Below are positions 62,185 through 64,000 of a stretch of 64,000 bases of DNA, in pieces. Source of the DNA: Roseovarius sp. UBA6217 (lineage in GTDB: Bacteria > Pseudomonadota > Alphaproteobacteria > Rhodobacterales > Rhodobacteraceae); contig DISF01000043.1 of assembly GCA_002421985.1 (NCBI GenBank), positions 4,462 through 68,461 on the forward strand. The letters are read 5' to 3'. The notes under the pieces were generated by a model. It was not told where the DNA came from. It saw only the letters and a list, made by a program, of their open reading frames with translations, and ran no database searches. The translations under genes and the position numbers were made by a program. Positions within the stretch are counted from its first letter, which is position 1. Every line of letters begins with the position of its first letter.

Positions 62185-62325
62185 TTGGCACCCTGGTCGG
62201 TTGAGCGGTTTCGGTTGAAGCGGTTCACGCCCTTGCCCCGCCCCTGCGGGCCGGGCTACAGCGGAAGGCCGTTGTCTTGATCTACTCTAAAACCATATTC
62301 TGACAGAGACGACAAGAAAGAGCAT

Positions 62326-62341
62326 TGCGGCAAACGGACGC
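62326..62341. promoter_or_regulatory. Putative RegA/PrrA site
   Basis: TGCGGC-aaacg-GACGC fits YGCGG(C/G)-Nx-G(T/A)C(G/A)(C/A). Confidence 0.45.
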
Positions 62342-62346
62342 TTTTT

Positions 62347-62360
62347 TTGATACAGATCAA
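62347..62360. promoter_or_regulatory. FNR/FnrL box
   Basis: Perfect TTGAT-acag-ATCAA between divergent ctaC and tldD. Confidence 0.8.
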
Positions 62361-62404
62361 GCTGCGCCCATCCGCCGCACAGACCCCATACAGGACAAAA
62401 CCCC

Positions 62405-63826
62405 ATGAGCGATACCCGATTCCGCCCGTTTGACACGCTGATCGACCGCGACACGGCGCTGCGGCATTTGCGCGCGGCCACCCTTGGGGCAGATGATGGC
62501 GAACTGTTTCTCGAGCGCCGCCGCGCCGAGGCGCTGAGCTTTGATGACGGGCGGCTTCGCGCCGCCTCCTATGACGCGTCCGAGGGGTTCGGCCTGCGCG
62601 CCGTGCAGGGCGAGGTGACGGGCTACGCCCATTCCTCCGAGGTGACCGAGGCGGCGCTGAAACGCGCGGTCGAGACCGCGCGCCTTGCCGTGGGCGCGGG
62701 CGGTGCCACGCTCGCCGCTGGCCCTGCCCCCACCAACCGCCACCTCTATACCGACGAGGATCCCATCGCCGGGGCCGCCTTCCCGGTCAAGATCGAGACA
62801 TTGCGCGAGATCGACGCCTTCGCGCGCGCGCTCGATCCGCGGGTGGTGCAGGTCACCGCCTCGCTTGCCGCCTCATTGCAGGAGGTGGTGATCCTGCGCC
62901 CCGACGGTCAGGAATTGCGCGACACCCGCCCGATGACCCGGCTCAATGTCGCCGTCATCGTCGAAGAGAACGGCCGCCGCGAACAGGGCAGCGCCGGGGG
63001 CGGCGGGCGCGTGGGCCTCACCGGCCTCATCGACCCCGCCGACTGGCAGGCCAAGACCCGCGAGGCGCTGCGCGTGGCGCTGGTGAACCTTTCCGCCGAG
63101 GACGCGCCCGCCGGCATGATGGATGTGGTGCTTGGCCCCGGCTGGCCCGGCATCCTCCTGCACGAGGCCATCGGCCACGGGCTCGAGGGTGATTTCAACC
63201 GCAAGGGAAGCTCCGCCTTCGCCGGTCTGATGGGCCAACGCATCGCAGCCCCCGGCGTCACCGTTCTGGATGACGGCACCATCCCCGACCGGCGCGGCTC
63301 GCTCACCTTTGATGACGAAGGCACGCCCTCGGCGCGCAACGTGCTGATCGAGGACGGCATCCTTGTGGGCTTCATGCAGGACCGCCAGAACGCCCGCCTG
63401 ATGGGCGTGGCCCCCACCGGCAACGGCCGCCGGGAAAGCTATGCCCACGCCCCCATGCCGCGCATGACCAACACCTATATGCTGGGCGGCGACGCGCGCC
63501 CCGGCGATCTGGTGGCAGAGCTGAAGGACGGCATCTACGCCGTGGGGTTCGGCGGCGGGCAGGTCGACATCACCAATGGCAAATTCGTCTTCTCCTGCAC
63601 CGAGGCCTACCGTGTGAAGAACGGCAAGGTGGGTGCCCCGGTCAAAGGTGCCACCCTCATCGGCGACGGCGCCACCGCCCTCAAGCGCATCCGGGGGCTC
63701 GCCAACGACATGGCGCTTGATCCGGGCATGGGCAATTGCGGCAAACAGGGCCAATGGGTGCCCGTGGGCGTGGGCCAGCCCACGGTTCTGATCGGCGGGC
63801 TGACGGTGGGAGGATCGGCGGTGTAG
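62405..63826 (+). CDS. tldD: Metalloprotease TldD
   Basis: HEAIGHGLEGD, NGRRESYAH.PMPRMTNTYM, CGKQGQWVPVGVGQPT. Confidence 0.96.
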   Translation: MSDTRFRPFDTLIDRDTALRHLRAATLGADDGELFLERRRAEALSFDDGRLRAASYDASEGFGLRAVQGEVTGYAHSSEVTEAALKRAVETARLAVGAGGATLAAGPAPTNRHLYTDEDPIAGAAFPVKIETLREIDAFARALDPRVVQVTASLAASLQEVVILRPDGQELRDTRPMTRLNVAVIVEENGRREQGSAGGGGRVGLTGLIDPADWQAKTREALRVALVNLSAEDAPAGMMDVVLGPGWPGILLHEAIGHGLEGDFNRKGSSAFAGLMGQRIAAPGVTVLDDGTIPDRRGSLTFDDEGTPSARNVLIEDGILVGFMQDRQNARLMGVAPTGNGRRESYAHAPMPRMTNTYMLGGDARPGDLVAELKDGIYAVGFGGGQVDITNGKFVFSCTEAYRVKNGKVGAPVKGATLIGDGATALKRIRGLANDMALDPGMGNCGKQGQWVPVGVGQPTVLIGGLTVGGSAV

Positions 63827-64000
63827 GGGGGCGGTTCCTGCAAGTAGGGAAATTTAGACACATCTCCCCCTGCCTCTTAAATCAATTGCTCAAAAGTCAC
63901 GTGCGCTTAAGGGAGTTAGCGCACTATGATTCAGTCGTTTTTCTGGTCGAACAAGCGGGCGATGAAATGCCAAACGGCACTCGCCAACAAGCTCCCGAGA

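Overview
High-GC alphaproteobacterial chromosome segment. Gene content and order point to Rhodobacteraceae (roseobacter-like); this is an inference. It is mostly housekeeping: pyc, tRNA-Gly(GCC), a split his cluster, copA/cueR, tatABC, prfB, selO, tRNA-Leu(CAA), ndk, class I aldolase, a Mo-hydroxylase operon, ribD/nrdR, a LysR-ugpBAEC transporter, the phaA/B-G cation:H+ antiporter, rppH, mce, thrC, the aa3 oxidase ctaC-ctaB-ctaG-ctaE-surf1 cluster and tldD. I saw no integrase, intact transposase, phage gene or CRISPR array. The most interesting signals lie between genes. (1) An interspersed repeat family has four copies (about 33.3, 41.7, 49.2 and 52.3 kb). Two carry a 138-140 bp unit bounded by 20-21 bp inverted repeats, and three share a core that reads like the end of a gene (G-L-x-x-x-[VF]-D-x-M-R-stop). 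(2) A stand-alone DnaE2-type OB-fold gene has a perfect alphaproteobacterial LexA box over an apparently leaderless promoter. (3) An NsrR-like regulator is divergent from a 5-FTHF cyclo-ligase-ubiT-ubiU-ubiV-nnrS operon, linking O2-independent ubiquinone synthesis to NO stress. (4) Three gene relics (phosphodiesterase, DUF2147, ureG) sit in intergenic gaps. All family assignments come from motif recognition by eye, not from database searches.
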